Counted from the stretch's first letter, positions 56,335 through 64,000 are shown. The stretch: DNA of 64,000 nt from Chloroflexota bacterium (GCA_028874175.1 JAPPLN010000117.1:3938-67937); one strand, 5' to 3'. The notes: generated by a model from the letters alone, not told the origin. Program-made: numbers and translations.

Positions 56335-57282
56335 TCAGAAGGCCCAGGCAAAGACGCCGCGCACGTCCTCGCGGTGGTCGTTCTGGCAGGCGGCCTCCGC
56401 CTGGTCGCCGAAGACCTTTTGGTAGATGCCGACGTTGTTGTCGTTGCCCAGGTGGTTTTCCACGATGTCGTTCAGGTCGACACAGGTCGTGGGCCAGCCG
56501 AGTTCGGGCTCAACGGCCGACGCCGCCAGCAGGATTTGCACGATCTCCGTGTGCCCGCGCCACTGCGCTTCGCCCAGGGGGGTCTCGCCATCCGAGTCGC
56601 GCGCATTCACGTCGACCCCGGCATCGACAAGGATCTGCACCATCTCGGTGTGCCCGCGCCAGACCGCCTGAAAAAAGATTGGATCCCCATCGGCGTCCCT
56701 GGCATTCACATCGGCCCCGGCGTCCACCAGGATGCGTGCGACGTCCGTGTAGTCCCGCCAGATCGCCGAACGCAGCACCGGGTGGCCATCGGAATCCAGG
56801 GCGTTCACGTTGGCGCCGGCGTCGGCCAGGATGCGCACGATTTCCACGTGGTTGCGCCATATGGCCGAATGAATGAGCGGGTCGTTGTCTTCGTCGCGCG
56901 TGTTGGCGTTGAGTCCGCCGGCCACGAGCGTGCGCACCTGCGCGGTCCGGCCCCGCCACACGGCTCCGTACAGGGCGTCGTTAGCCAGGGGCAAGGACGA
57001 CCCCGCGACGGCCGGTTGTGCGGCGGGTGACGCGAGCCCGAAGGCCCAGGCGAACACGCCACGCACGTCCTCGCGGTGGTCGCCCTGGCAGGCGGCCTCG
57101 GCCTGGTCGCCGAAGACGCGCTGGTAGATGCCGACGTTGTTGGTACGGCCCAGATGCTGTTCCACGATGTCGTTGAGGTCGACGCAGGTGGTGGGCCACT
57201 GCGCGAAGACGGGCGTGGCAACAGCCGCGGCCACAGCGACGGCCACGACGGCCGCAATGAGAATTGTTCGTATCCGTCGCAT
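56335..57282 (-). CDS. Secreted ankyrin-repeat protein flanked at N- and C-terminus by a duplicated 48-aa two-Cys module (WPTTCVDLNDIVExHLG…DHREDVRGVFAWAF)
   Basis: Signal peptide MRRIRTILIAAVVAVAVAAAVATPVFAQ. The module is at aa 29-76 and again as the last 48 aa. Four or five ANK repeats lie between (IWRNHVEIVRILADAGANVNALD…). Confidence 0.75.
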   Translation of the reverse strand: MRRIRTILIAAVVAVAVAAAVATPVFAQWPTTCVDLNDIVEQHLGRTNNVGIYQRVFGDQAEAACQGDHREDVRGVFAWAFGLASPAAQPAVAGSSLPLANDALYGAVWRGRTAQVRTLVAGGLNANTRDEDNDPLIHSAIWRNHVEIVRILADAGANVNALDSDGHPVLRSAIWRDYTDVARILVDAGADVNARDADGDPIFFQAVWRGHTEMVQILVDAGVDVNARDSDGETPLGEAQWRGHTEIVQILLAASAVEPELGWPTTCVDLNDIVENHLGNDNNVGIYQKVFGDQAEAACQNDHREDVRGVFAWAF

Positions 57283-57344
57283 ATGAAGCCACCCTTCTTC
57301 ACATTCGCAGAGGTTCATTCGACCCTTCCGATATTGAATTTTCT

Positions 57345-57437
57345 TCACGTTAAGCCAGGACTGTCAAAGGAGGAGGCGCAGGAGGCGGCGGCCACCGCCA
57401 CCACTGCTGCCATGAGGATTGTTCGTATCCGTCGCAT
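57345..57437 (-). pseudogene. 30-aa mini-ORF duplicating the ankyrin signal peptide (MRRIRTILMAAVVAVAAAS…); a paralog remnant or uORF
   Basis: atgcgacggatacgaacaatcctcatggcagcagtggtggcggtggcc against the real start atgcgacggatacgaacaattctcattgcggccgtcgtggccgtcgct. The differences are largely synonymous. Confidence 0.3.
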
Positions 57438-57619
57438 TCAGTCGCCCTTCGTCGGTCGCACACGGTGCAGAGGTGTGATTGTACCTCTTGAGTGATACTT
57501 TTGCACCAGTGTCGTTGCCTCGAGTCAGCGGACGACAGTCGCAGCCCGGCGAGCGTTCGAACTAGGAAGGCCGCGGGTTCAATCAAGCGCGGATAGTGTC
57601 GACGCGTCAGGCGGTAGAC

Positions 57620-58282
57620 CTAGTCGTTGTCCAGCAATCCGTTCCGCACGGCCCAGACAACCATCTCCTGGCTCGACCCGGCCCCCAGCTTGTCGCGGAT
57701 GCCATAGATGGCATTGCGGATAGTCAGCGGACGATTCCCTCGAGCCTCGCCGATCTCCGCATACGACATCCCTTCGGCAAACAGCTTGAGGATCTCCTGT
57801 TCGCGCACGGTGAGCCGTGACAGCTCGCTACCAGCGTCCTCGCCAGAACTGTCGCGAACACCGGCAAAGGCTCGCCGCACCACGTCGCCGGGCACGCGAA
57901 ACTCCCCGTCGACAACGTCACGAATCGTGGCAAGCAGTTCGTCCTTGCCGGTGAACTTTTGCAGATAGCCCGTGGCGCCCGCGGCAATCGCGTCGATTAC
58001 GGTGTGATCGTTGGTCGACGCCGTCAACATGAGCACGCGGGTTCCAGGCACGGCCTCCATGATTTCGCGGCAGGCATCAACACCGTTCTTTACCGGCATA
58101 ATGACGTCCATGATGATGACGTCGGGCTTGACCCGCCGCGCCACATCCACGGCCTCGCAGCCGTCCCGGGCCTGGCCCGCGACCTGAAAGTCCTCGGACC
58201 GCTCCAGCATTTCTCGCAGGCCGTCCCTCATGATGGAGTGATCGTCCACGATCATGACCCTGGCTGGCGGACTTGCAGTCAC
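57620..58282 (-). CDS. NarL/FixJ-family response regulator (REC plus LuxR-type HTH)
   Basis: MIVDDHSIMRDGL…DVIIMDVIMP receiver, and a C-terminal LTVREQEILKLFAEGMSYAEIGEARGNRPLTIRNAIYGIRDKLG. The GTG start at 58282 has an AAGGATGG RBS; the ATG at 58255 is an alternative. Confidence 0.85.
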   Translation of the reverse strand: MTASPPARVMIVDDHSIMRDGLREMLERSEDFQVAGQARDGCEAVDVARRVKPDVIIMDVIMPVKNGVDACREIMEAVPGTRVLMLTASTNDHTVIDAIAAGATGYLQKFTGKDELLATIRDVVDGEFRVPGDVVRRAFAGVRDSSGEDAGSELSRLTVREQEILKLFAEGMSYAEIGEARGNRPLTIRNAIYGIRDKLGAGSSQEMVVWAVRNGLLDND

Positions 58283-58295
58283 GTTGGCACCATCC

Positions 58296-59555
58296 TTAAG
58301 TTGGATCAATTTCGATTTCACAGGTAACGGTTGTGCCCCTTCCAGGACGGCCTGAGGTGACGTGGAGCCGACCGTTCATTTGTTCGGCGTTGGCGTGCAT
58401 GTATTTGAATCCGTGCCCGCGCTCGGCGTAATCGTCGGGAAGACCGATGCCGTCGTCCGACACTGACATGCGCAGACTCTTGTCCTGATAGTCCAGGGCG
58501 ACCGAGACCTTGCTGGCGCGGGCGTGCCGCAAAGCGTTCGTCAGCGCATTGTGCGCGATCGAAAAGAGCCGACTGCGGGTCACCGAAGGGAGCGGCCGTT
58601 CCCTGCCGGTCTGGACGACCGACGCGGGAATCGAGGTGATGGTCTCAAAGGATGCGGCGTGCAGTTCCAGCACGCGGCCCAACGACCGGCCTTCGAATAT
58701 GAGCCCCGCGTCGATCGGGTGCCGAAGCTCCCACATCGCCGCCTTGGAGAGCGCCGATGTCGCTTCGAGCTTGGACACCATCTCGCGCCGTGACTGCTCG
58801 GTCATCTCGAGCGCCGTGTCGATTCCAATCCCAATCATGAATACGGACTGGGCCGTGGTGTCATGAATCGTCTGCGAGAGCTCGATTCGCTCCCGATGCA
58901 GCTCGCGCTCGCGTTTCACCGCCCCTTCTCTACGGATTCTCTCGGCCCGGGACAGGAGGCTCACGGACGCCGCCACGGCATACATTACGATGGTTCTGCC
59001 AAACAGTTCTTTCTCTTCCTTCGCCTCGAGGTCGAGACCCGAAGCAACGGCCAAACATACGATTACGTAAGCGACGACTACTACTGTGGTCCACACCATA
59101 CTCAATCTGAACGAGCCGAAGAAGACCGCAAACCAGGCTAGCGAAGGGTAATACAGCAGATAGAAGAGATTGTTATTCAAACCGCCGCCAATTGCCGTGC
59201 CAGCGGTTATGATGATCACGTCCAGCACGCTAAGCGCAAGCATCCAGCGTATCGTCACTGAAGGACCGGCAACTACGCGATAGTGGACGATGCCGTTTAC
59301 TATTATAAGCAGCACGAGGAAGCTTATGTAGGAAGTATATGTAAACGCGGTAAATGTTGGCCGATATGCCAAGTCAATAATGCTGGCCCCGTGAATGAAC
59401 CAGCGAACCCAGACAAAGATCTTGGCCGGGTACCTCAGCTCTTCCGGATCGGTTGTGTACGGGTGCCAGTTTCTAATTGCACCAGCCTCAACCACAGCGG
59501 ATAGGAGCCGCTGCGCTCGCCTCCTGAAAGCTACATCGTTGCCTGCCGACATCAC
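58296..59555 (-). CDS. Sensor histidine kinase (HisKA_3/NarL-partner type) with a polytopic N-terminal sensor
   Basis: Five or six TM helices, the H-box region LHRERIELSQTIHDTTAQSVF, and an HATPase_c region (ALTNALRHARAS…DDGIGLP). Confidence 0.85.
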   Translation of the reverse strand: MMSAGNDVAFRRRAQRLLSAVVEAGAIRNWHPYTTDPEELRYPAKIFVWVRWFIHGASIIDLAYRPTFTAFTYTSYISFLVLLIIVNGIVHYRVVAGPSVTIRWMLALSVLDVIIITAGTAIGGGLNNNLFYLLYYPSLAWFAVFFGSFRLSMVWTTVVVVAYVIVCLAVASGLDLEAKEEKELFGRTIVMYAVAASVSLLSRAERIRREGAVKRERELHRERIELSQTIHDTTAQSVFMIGIGIDTALEMTEQSRREMVSKLEATSALSKAAMWELRHPIDAGLIFEGRSLGRVLELHAASFETITSIPASVVQTGRERPLPSVTRSRLFSIAHNALTNALRHARASKVSVALDYQDKSLRMSVSDDGIGLPDDYAERGHGFKYMHANAEQMNGRLHVTSGRPGRGTTVTCEIEIDPT

Positions 59556-59818
59556 GAAACCGACACGCTCTTCAGCCCGCCAAGACTTCCGAGGACATGG
59601 GCAAGCCTGGATGAGACCGGCCGACGGCGCACAGGCGATCCAGACGGGTGGTCGCTCGCGGCCACGGGCGTGGCGTTCCTAACGTCGGGGCCATGACGTA
59701 CATAGACCGATGCGTCGATTCGCCCGATGGATACGTAACCACTGTTACGTTAGCACCACCTGAGGAGGCAGAGCGCTCCCAGGGGGTAACGCTGTCTTGG
59801 CGAGGCGCCCGGTATTGC

Positions 59819-60076
59819 CTACGGCGTCGCGCGGACATGGCCCGTCGTCCGGCGTTGGGCCACGTGGTCCAGCAGCACCGCATCGCGGCTGAGAACCAGC
59901 CGTGCCAGGAAAAGCTCCAGCACGGGCCCTGTGAGCACGAAAGCCACCCCGGCGACCAGGACGAACCGAACTCGGGCAGTGTCAGCGCCGATCTCAGCGA
60001 TGCGCGTGAATTCGGGCCAGCAGTATCTCGGGACCGTACCGGTCGTTGAGACATTGCGGCGAGCCTGCAAGGTCAA
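59819..60076 (-). pseudogene. Truncated paralog of the ankyrin-protein N-terminal signal-anchor module (85-aa ORF, no ANK repeats)
   Basis: TARVRFVLVAGVAFVLTGPVLELFLARLVLSRDAVLLDHVAQRRTT against TSRVRLVLSAGVALVLVGPVLLFFLGRFVLGHETLLLDHVAERRTT from 49142..49927. Confidence 0.45.
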
Positions 60077-60156
60077 ACGCGGTCACGATTGGTCCGTCCG
60101 GGCTGAGACAGAATTGGTGTGTTGCCAAAATGCACACGTTGCATGACAATTGACGC

Positions 60157-60444
60157 ATGGGCGTTGCCTTTGACTGGAGCACTGAGAAGAATCAACGGCT
60201 GGTCGACGAGCGAGGGGTTTCGTTTGAACGCGTCGTCTCGGCCATTGAGCAGGGCGGCCTGGTCGACGTGGTGGAGCACCCCAATCAGGATCGCTACCCA
60301 GGGCAGTTGATCTACGTGGTGGAAGTCAGCGAGTACATTCATCTCGTACCGTTCGTCACGCAGACCGACGGCACTCGCTTCCTGAAGACAATCATTCCCA
60401 GCCGCAAAGCGACGCGCGACTATAGGAGGAGGCGATCAACGTGA
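60157..60444 (+). CDS. brnT: BrnT-family (DUF497) type II toxin
   Basis: FDWSTEKNQRLVDERGVSFERV…YIHLVPFV…KTIIPSRKAT matches the BrnT pattern (FEWDxxKN…HGVxF…IISARKA). Confidence 0.75.
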   Translation: MGVAFDWSTEKNQRLVDERGVSFERVVSAIEQGGLVDVVEHPNQDRYPGQLIYVVEVSEYIHLVPFVTQTDGTRFLKTIIPSRKATRDYRRRRST

Positions 60445-60716
60445 GCGACACGCTGAGCGTGGAAGAGCGCGACATTCTTGAGCGATTCGAACGAGGCAAG
60501 CTTCGCTCTGTCCCCGGTGTCGAACACGAGATCGAGGCGGCCCGCGAAGCGGCTCGCCAAACGTTCAACAAGACCAGGCGCGTGAATCTGCGGGTCACGG
60601 AACGCGACTTCAGTCTCGCCCACTCGCGGGCCAGGGAAGAGGGCATCCCCTACCAGACTCTGCTGTCGAGCGTCATCCACAAGTACCTGGCCGGCCGGCT
60701 GACCGAGAAGCGGTAG
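60441..60716 (+). CDS. brnA: BrnA-family antitoxin
   Basis: KTRRVNLRVTERDFSLAHSRAREEGIPYQTLLSSVIHKYLAGRL. The GTG start overlaps the brnT stop (GTGA) and has an AGGAGGAGG RBS. Confidence 0.75.
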   Translation: MSDTLSVEERDILERFERGKLRSVPGVEHEIEAAREAARQTFNKTRRVNLRVTERDFSLAHSRAREEGIPYQTLLSSVIHKYLAGRLTEKR

Positions 60717-60775
60717 GCCAGACGTCCTGACGCTCGGCGGGCGCACCGCGACCTTTAGCGATGGTCGCCTGCGAC

Positions 60776-61264
60776 TTAGTCGAGGTTGCGGGAGAAGCGG
60801 TGGCTGTCGGGAGCGTAGCCGAGCTTCTGGTAGAGCCGCAGGGCGGGTTGGTTGAAGTCGTAGACGCTGAGCCCGATCTGGGTGAGGCCGCGGTCGCGGG
60901 CCCAGCGGTGGGCTTCGGCCATCAGGCGCGTGGCGATGCCGCGGCGTTGATGGTTTTGCGCGACGACGAGTTCCTGGACCATGGCGTAGCGGCGCGGCGT
61001 GAGGGCCGGAACGTCGGGTACCTCAAGGCGTTCCAGAGCCTGGACGCGCACCAGGCCCACGACGGCGCCATCCACTTCAGCCACGAAGAGCGCCTGATCG
61101 GGGTCGGCCAGGTGGGCATCGAACAACCGTTGCGAGCGGGCTGGCTTATCAGTGGGTCGAAAACGGTCAGGGCGCTCGCGTGCGTGGAGGGCATCGGCCT
61201 CGGCGTAGAGGCGGCAGGCGGCGTGGTGGTCGGTGGGTTTGGCGAGGCGGAGGCGGCAGTGCAT
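60776..61264 (-). CDS. GNAT-family N-acetyltransferase
   Basis: The start at 61264 gives MHCRLRLAKPTD… and the acetyl-CoA loop QNHQRRGIATRLM. Confidence 0.75.
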   Translation of the reverse strand: MHCRLRLAKPTDHHAACRLYAEADALHARERPDRFRPTDKPARSQRLFDAHLADPDQALFVAEVDGAVVGLVRVQALERLEVPDVPALTPRRYAMVQELVVAQNHQRRGIATRLMAEAHRWARDRGLTQIGLSVYDFNQPALRLYQKLGYAPDSHRFSRNLD

Positions 61265-61615
61265 GGGAGGTTCAGGATAGGAAGGCTTGTGCTTGGTCGA
61301 GATGCCTCCGGTCTCCGGCTTCGAAGACCCGGTGCCCTGGATCACGTCTGTAACAGGAATCGCCAGGGTCTCCACCGGGACGATCGGGAGGAGAGAAACG
61401 GCTCGCCGTTGGTGGTCAGGCGGACTATAAGCGTTGTAGTGGATAGTGGAGAGCGCTATCGGCACGCTTGCTTTGCGAGGGCGCTTTCAGTCTCTAGGGG
61501 GCCGAAACGCGCCCGATGCGCCCGGATTCATCCCTAGCTGCCTCAAACGTCTAGACGCTGCGGGGCTCGCAAGCGCGATAGAATCAAAGGGGTTGGCGCG
61601 AAGGGACCGGTGAGC

Positions 61616-61765
61616 ATGGAGACTTCGCTAAACGAAATTGTCGGGCTCACGCTCATGGTGCTCGGCCTGGTTCTCTTCGGCGTATCACTTGCCGGCATGT
61701 TGGGATTCGTACCGTCGCCACCCTGGGGGCGGGACGCTGGCCGCACTCACGGCGAACGCTCCTAG
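61616..61765 (+). CDS. Possible 49-aa single-TM small protein
   Basis: The ATG at 61616 gives METSLNEIVGLTLMVLGLVLFGVSLAGMLGFVP…. It is not in the ORF track because it is shorter than 60 aa. Confidence 0.25.
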   Translation: METSLNEIVGLTLMVLGLVLFGVSLAGMLGFVPSPPWGRDAGRTHGERS

Positions 61766-61780
61766 AGTCACGGCGTTCGG

Positions 61781-62014
61781 GTGAGCCGTCGGGAAGTTCC
61801 CGCTAGGTGGGTTTTCATTGGCCTGTTCGCTCTCGTGATCATGGGCATAGGGGTAATGGCCTGGCTCGCTGACGTACCGGCTGACGTTTTCACCCCGGCG
61901 CAACGCAATCTGCTGACGGTTGCCGACTGGATGGTCAAGGCCTCCATAGGCGCCATCCTGGGTTTTGCGGGTGCTCGGGTGGGATCCGGCCCTACCTCTC
62001 CGGAGTCCCGTTAG
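61781..62014 (+). CDS. Possible 77-aa two-TM small membrane protein
   Basis: WVFIGLFALVIMGIGVMAWLA and MVKASIGAILGFAGA hydrophobic segments. Confidence 0.3.
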   Translation: MSRREVPARWVFIGLFALVIMGIGVMAWLADVPADVFTPAQRNLLTVADWMVKASIGAILGFAGARVGSGPTSPESR

Positions 62015-62087
62015 CCAAAGCCCACACAAGCTGTGATGCCGTCGCTCGCGAAGGCGCACGGAAGCAGGCGGGTCTGAGAGGCCGCGC

Positions 62088-62906
62088 CTATGAGGCGTGC
62101 GAGGCCGTGTCGGGCTGCTCCAGTTCCGAATCCAGGCGGTCGGTGACGAACATGTGGCCGGGGGCGTGGGTGATCATGAGGGTGGGGCGGCTGGCCTGGG
62201 CGACGGCCTGGGGGGTGACGCCGCAGCCCCAGAAGACGGGGACTTCGCCCGGCCGGATTTCTACCGGCTCGCCCCAGTCGGGCAGGTTGATGTCCTGGAT
62301 GCCGATGGTGAGGGGGTCGCCGGCGTGGACTGGGGCGCCGTGGACGCCGGGGTAGCGGGCAGTGATTTCGCAGACCTCGGGCACCCGGTCGGCCATGACG
62401 GGGCGCATGCTGACCACCATGGGGCCGGCGAACTCGCCGGCGGGGCGGCAGGCCAGGCTGGTCCGGTACATGGGGACGTTGACGTCCTGGGTCTGGTGGC
62501 GGAGTTCGAACCCGGCGCGGGCCATGGCGCCCTCGAAGGTGAAGCTGCAGCCGAGCAGGAAGCCGACCATGTCTGCCTGAACCTGGTCCAGCACGTCGGT
62601 GGGTTCGCCGGGGTCCTGCACGCCTTCGCGGTAGACGCGGTAGCGGGGAGCGTCGGTGCGCAGGTCGGCGCCGGGGGCAAATTGGGTCGGTTCGAAGTTG
62701 CCGGGCGGGGTGCGCTCGAGCAGGGGACAGGGGATGGGGTTGGACTGGCAGAAGGCCTGGAAGTCGTCGGCGTCGCCGGCCGGCAGCATGACGAGGTTGG
62801 CCTGGACGTAGCCATCGGCCATGCCGTGAGTGGGTCGGTCCCACTCGCCCGAGCGGCAAGCGGCGCGGACGTCGGCACCGCTGGCAAAGGTCCGGGACGA
62901 CCTCAT
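62088..62906 (-). CDS. DUF1445-family protein, the putative hydro-lyase/D-glutamate-cyclase C-terminal-type half
   Basis: GYVQANLVMLPAGDADDF…PMVVSMRP…HGAPVH matches DUF1445. Its start at 62906 overlaps the upstream stop by 4 nt (ATGA). Confidence 0.7.
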   Translation of the reverse strand: MRSSRTFASGADVRAACRSGEWDRPTHGMADGYVQANLVMLPAGDADDFQAFCQSNPIPCPLLERTPPGNFEPTQFAPGADLRTDAPRYRVYREGVQDPGEPTDVLDQVQADMVGFLLGCSFTFEGAMARAGFELRHQTQDVNVPMYRTSLACRPAGEFAGPMVVSMRPVMADRVPEVCEITARYPGVHGAPVHAGDPLTIGIQDINLPDWGEPVEIRPGEVPVFWGCGVTPQAVAQASRPTLMITHAPGHMFVTDRLDSELEQPDTASHAS

Positions 62907-63799
62907 GCCGGGACCCGTCCGTTGGCCTGGGCGTAGGTTTCGCAGACGTCGGCCAGCCGGTGCAGAACGCTCGCCGTGCGGTCGTAGTGGAAGGTGTCCA
63001 CGGTGGGTTCGCAACGGGCGGTGACGCCATCAACGGCGCCGGCTCTGACGATCGCGCGCATCCAGCGTCGATCGTCGGTCTCGGTTGGCATGAGCGGCCG
63101 GCCGGCCAGCATTTCGAGCATGGCGGTGAACCCGTAGGCGCCCCAGTTGCTGACGGATGCCAGCAATACGTGCCGTGCGCGAGTGACGCAGGGCGCGGGG
63201 GAGATGCGGCGCCGGCGCATGAAGCTGGCCAAGCTGCCCAATCCCAGTTCGTTGCCGCCGTCGCCAATGCCCATGCTGATGGGCACGCGCAGCAGGCCGT
63301 CCATGGGAACGGGCGAGGGATCCAGCGTCTCGCCGCGCATGTTGGCCAGGCGGCCGTCGGCGGTAAGCCCCGGCCGTTCGATGGCAATGGCGACGTGGGG
63401 GCGAATCCGGTCCAATAATCGTCCGGTGACGGCCTCGGCCTGCGGGATGCCGTGCGCGTCGATCTCCTCTATTTCCCCCAGGTCGCGGGCGAGGGCTTCG
63501 ATGACGGGTCGGGTCATGGGATCAACCACGGTCACCACGTGCCAGCTCAGGGCCCGCAAGGCGCGGCCAACGGCGGCGGCGCCGGGAGGGCCGTCGGTTT
63601 CAGCGATGCCCTTAATAGGGAATCCCGTGATCAGCAGGGCTACGCCGGGGCGGCGGTCCAGCAGTTCCATCGCGGCGCGGGCGTAGGAATCGGCGGGCAG
63701 GCGGGCCAGCGCGGGCCGGACGCCGCGGTAGTCGAATGGAAACACGGCGTCGGCCACGTCCACCGCGGCGGCCTGCAAGGGATCCGACGACTGCCACAT
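62903..63799 (-). CDS. DUF4392-family protein, the D-glutamate-cyclase N-terminal-type half
   Basis: ALLITGFPIKGIAETDGPPGAAAV…ISMGIGDGGNELG is DUF4392-like. Confidence 0.65.
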   Translation of the reverse strand: MWQSSDPLQAAAVDVADAVFPFDYRGVRPALARLPADSYARAAMELLDRRPGVALLITGFPIKGIAETDGPPGAAAVGRALRALSWHVVTVVDPMTRPVIEALARDLGEIEEIDAHGIPQAEAVTGRLLDRIRPHVAIAIERPGLTADGRLANMRGETLDPSPVPMDGLLRVPISMGIGDGGNELGLGSLASFMRRRRISPAPCVTRARHVLLASVSNWGAYGFTAMLEMLAGRPLMPTETDDRRWMRAIVRAGAVDGVTARCEPTVDTFHYDRTASVLHRLADVCETYAQANGRVPA

Positions 63800-64000
63800 G
63801 GGCGGCCCGATCCAACCACTGTCGAAAAGGGAGCGCCATCATAGTGGGTGGCATAGCCACTCTCGCTGGGGTTGGGGTGACACAGCCACTTTTACTAGCG
63901 AGTCGAGGCGGACAACGAGACTTAGACTCTGTGCGGATGCCGGTGGCGTGTTGGATGTCCGGGCGTCGGCGACAATGTGTCCACCATGTCTCCGAACGCT

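Noticed and set aside
56185-57030. 281-aa plus-strand ORF across the ankyrin gene
   Set aside because: It is antisense to a gene with a clear signal peptide and ANK repeats, and it has no domain content.
57520-57600. Possible tRNA-like stem (CCGCG-GGTTCAATCAAG-CGCGG)
   Set aside because: The loop is 12 nt rather than 7. No acceptor, D or anticodon arms can be built, so this is not a tRNA.
62107-62936. Plus-strand ORFs antisense to the DUF1445/DUF4392 pair
   Set aside because: The minus-strand frames carry the recognisable DUF1445 and DUF4392 motifs and ATGA coupling. The plus-strand ORFs are Gly/Ala-rich mirror ORFs.
1-64000. CRISPR arrays, transposases or integrases, rRNA genes
   Set aside because: No regularly spaced direct repeats with unique spacers are present. 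No ORF has transposase or integrase motifs (DDE, tyrosine recombinase R..HxxR..Y). There are no rRNA-like segments. The accessory region therefore appears to have been shaped by homologous recombination rather than a recognisable mobile element.

Overview
This is a high-GC (about 68%) bacterial chromosomal segment. The synteny (rpsO-pnp-dapB-asd...dapA-rnj-ftsK, holB-yaaT, glnA) and the LGFP-type repeats suggest an actinobacterium-like host. Family names below are my recognition of motifs in the translated ORFs, not search results.

The window has four parts:
- **1-16.4 kb: carbohydrate-catabolism accessory region.** A tandem-duplicated orphan solute-binding lipoprotein, an SDR, a sugar-phosphate isomerase, two MFS transporters, two Gfo/Idh/MocA oxidoreductases, a secreted GH-like protein, and two tandem LacI-type ligand-binding-domain proteins that lack the DNA-binding HTH.
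- **16.4-28.2 kb: conserved minus-strand housekeeping block.** ftsK, rnj, a family-4 UDG, dapA, a heptad-repeat coiled-coil membrane protein, asd, dapB, pnp and rpsO.
- **28.2-48.7 kb: mixed.** A membrane protein plus winged-helix regulator, an LGFP-sugar dehydrogenase fusion, an 1185-aa glycoside hydrolase, the opuA/proVWX betaine transporter, a YVTN propeller protein coupled to holB, yaaT and glnA.
- **48.7-64 kb: mosaic accessory region.** It contains a roughly 50% GC island (plsY paralog-P450-GT4 operon and a DUF805 gene). It also contains two ankyrin-repeat proteins, one of them flanked by a duplicated Cys-containing 48-aa module, three copies of a recurring N-terminal signal-anchor module, an orphan fused DppBC permease, a NarL-type two-component system, a brnTA toxin-antitoxin, a GNAT and a split D-glutamate-cyclase-like pair.

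I found no rRNA, tRNA, CRISPR array, transposase or integrase.
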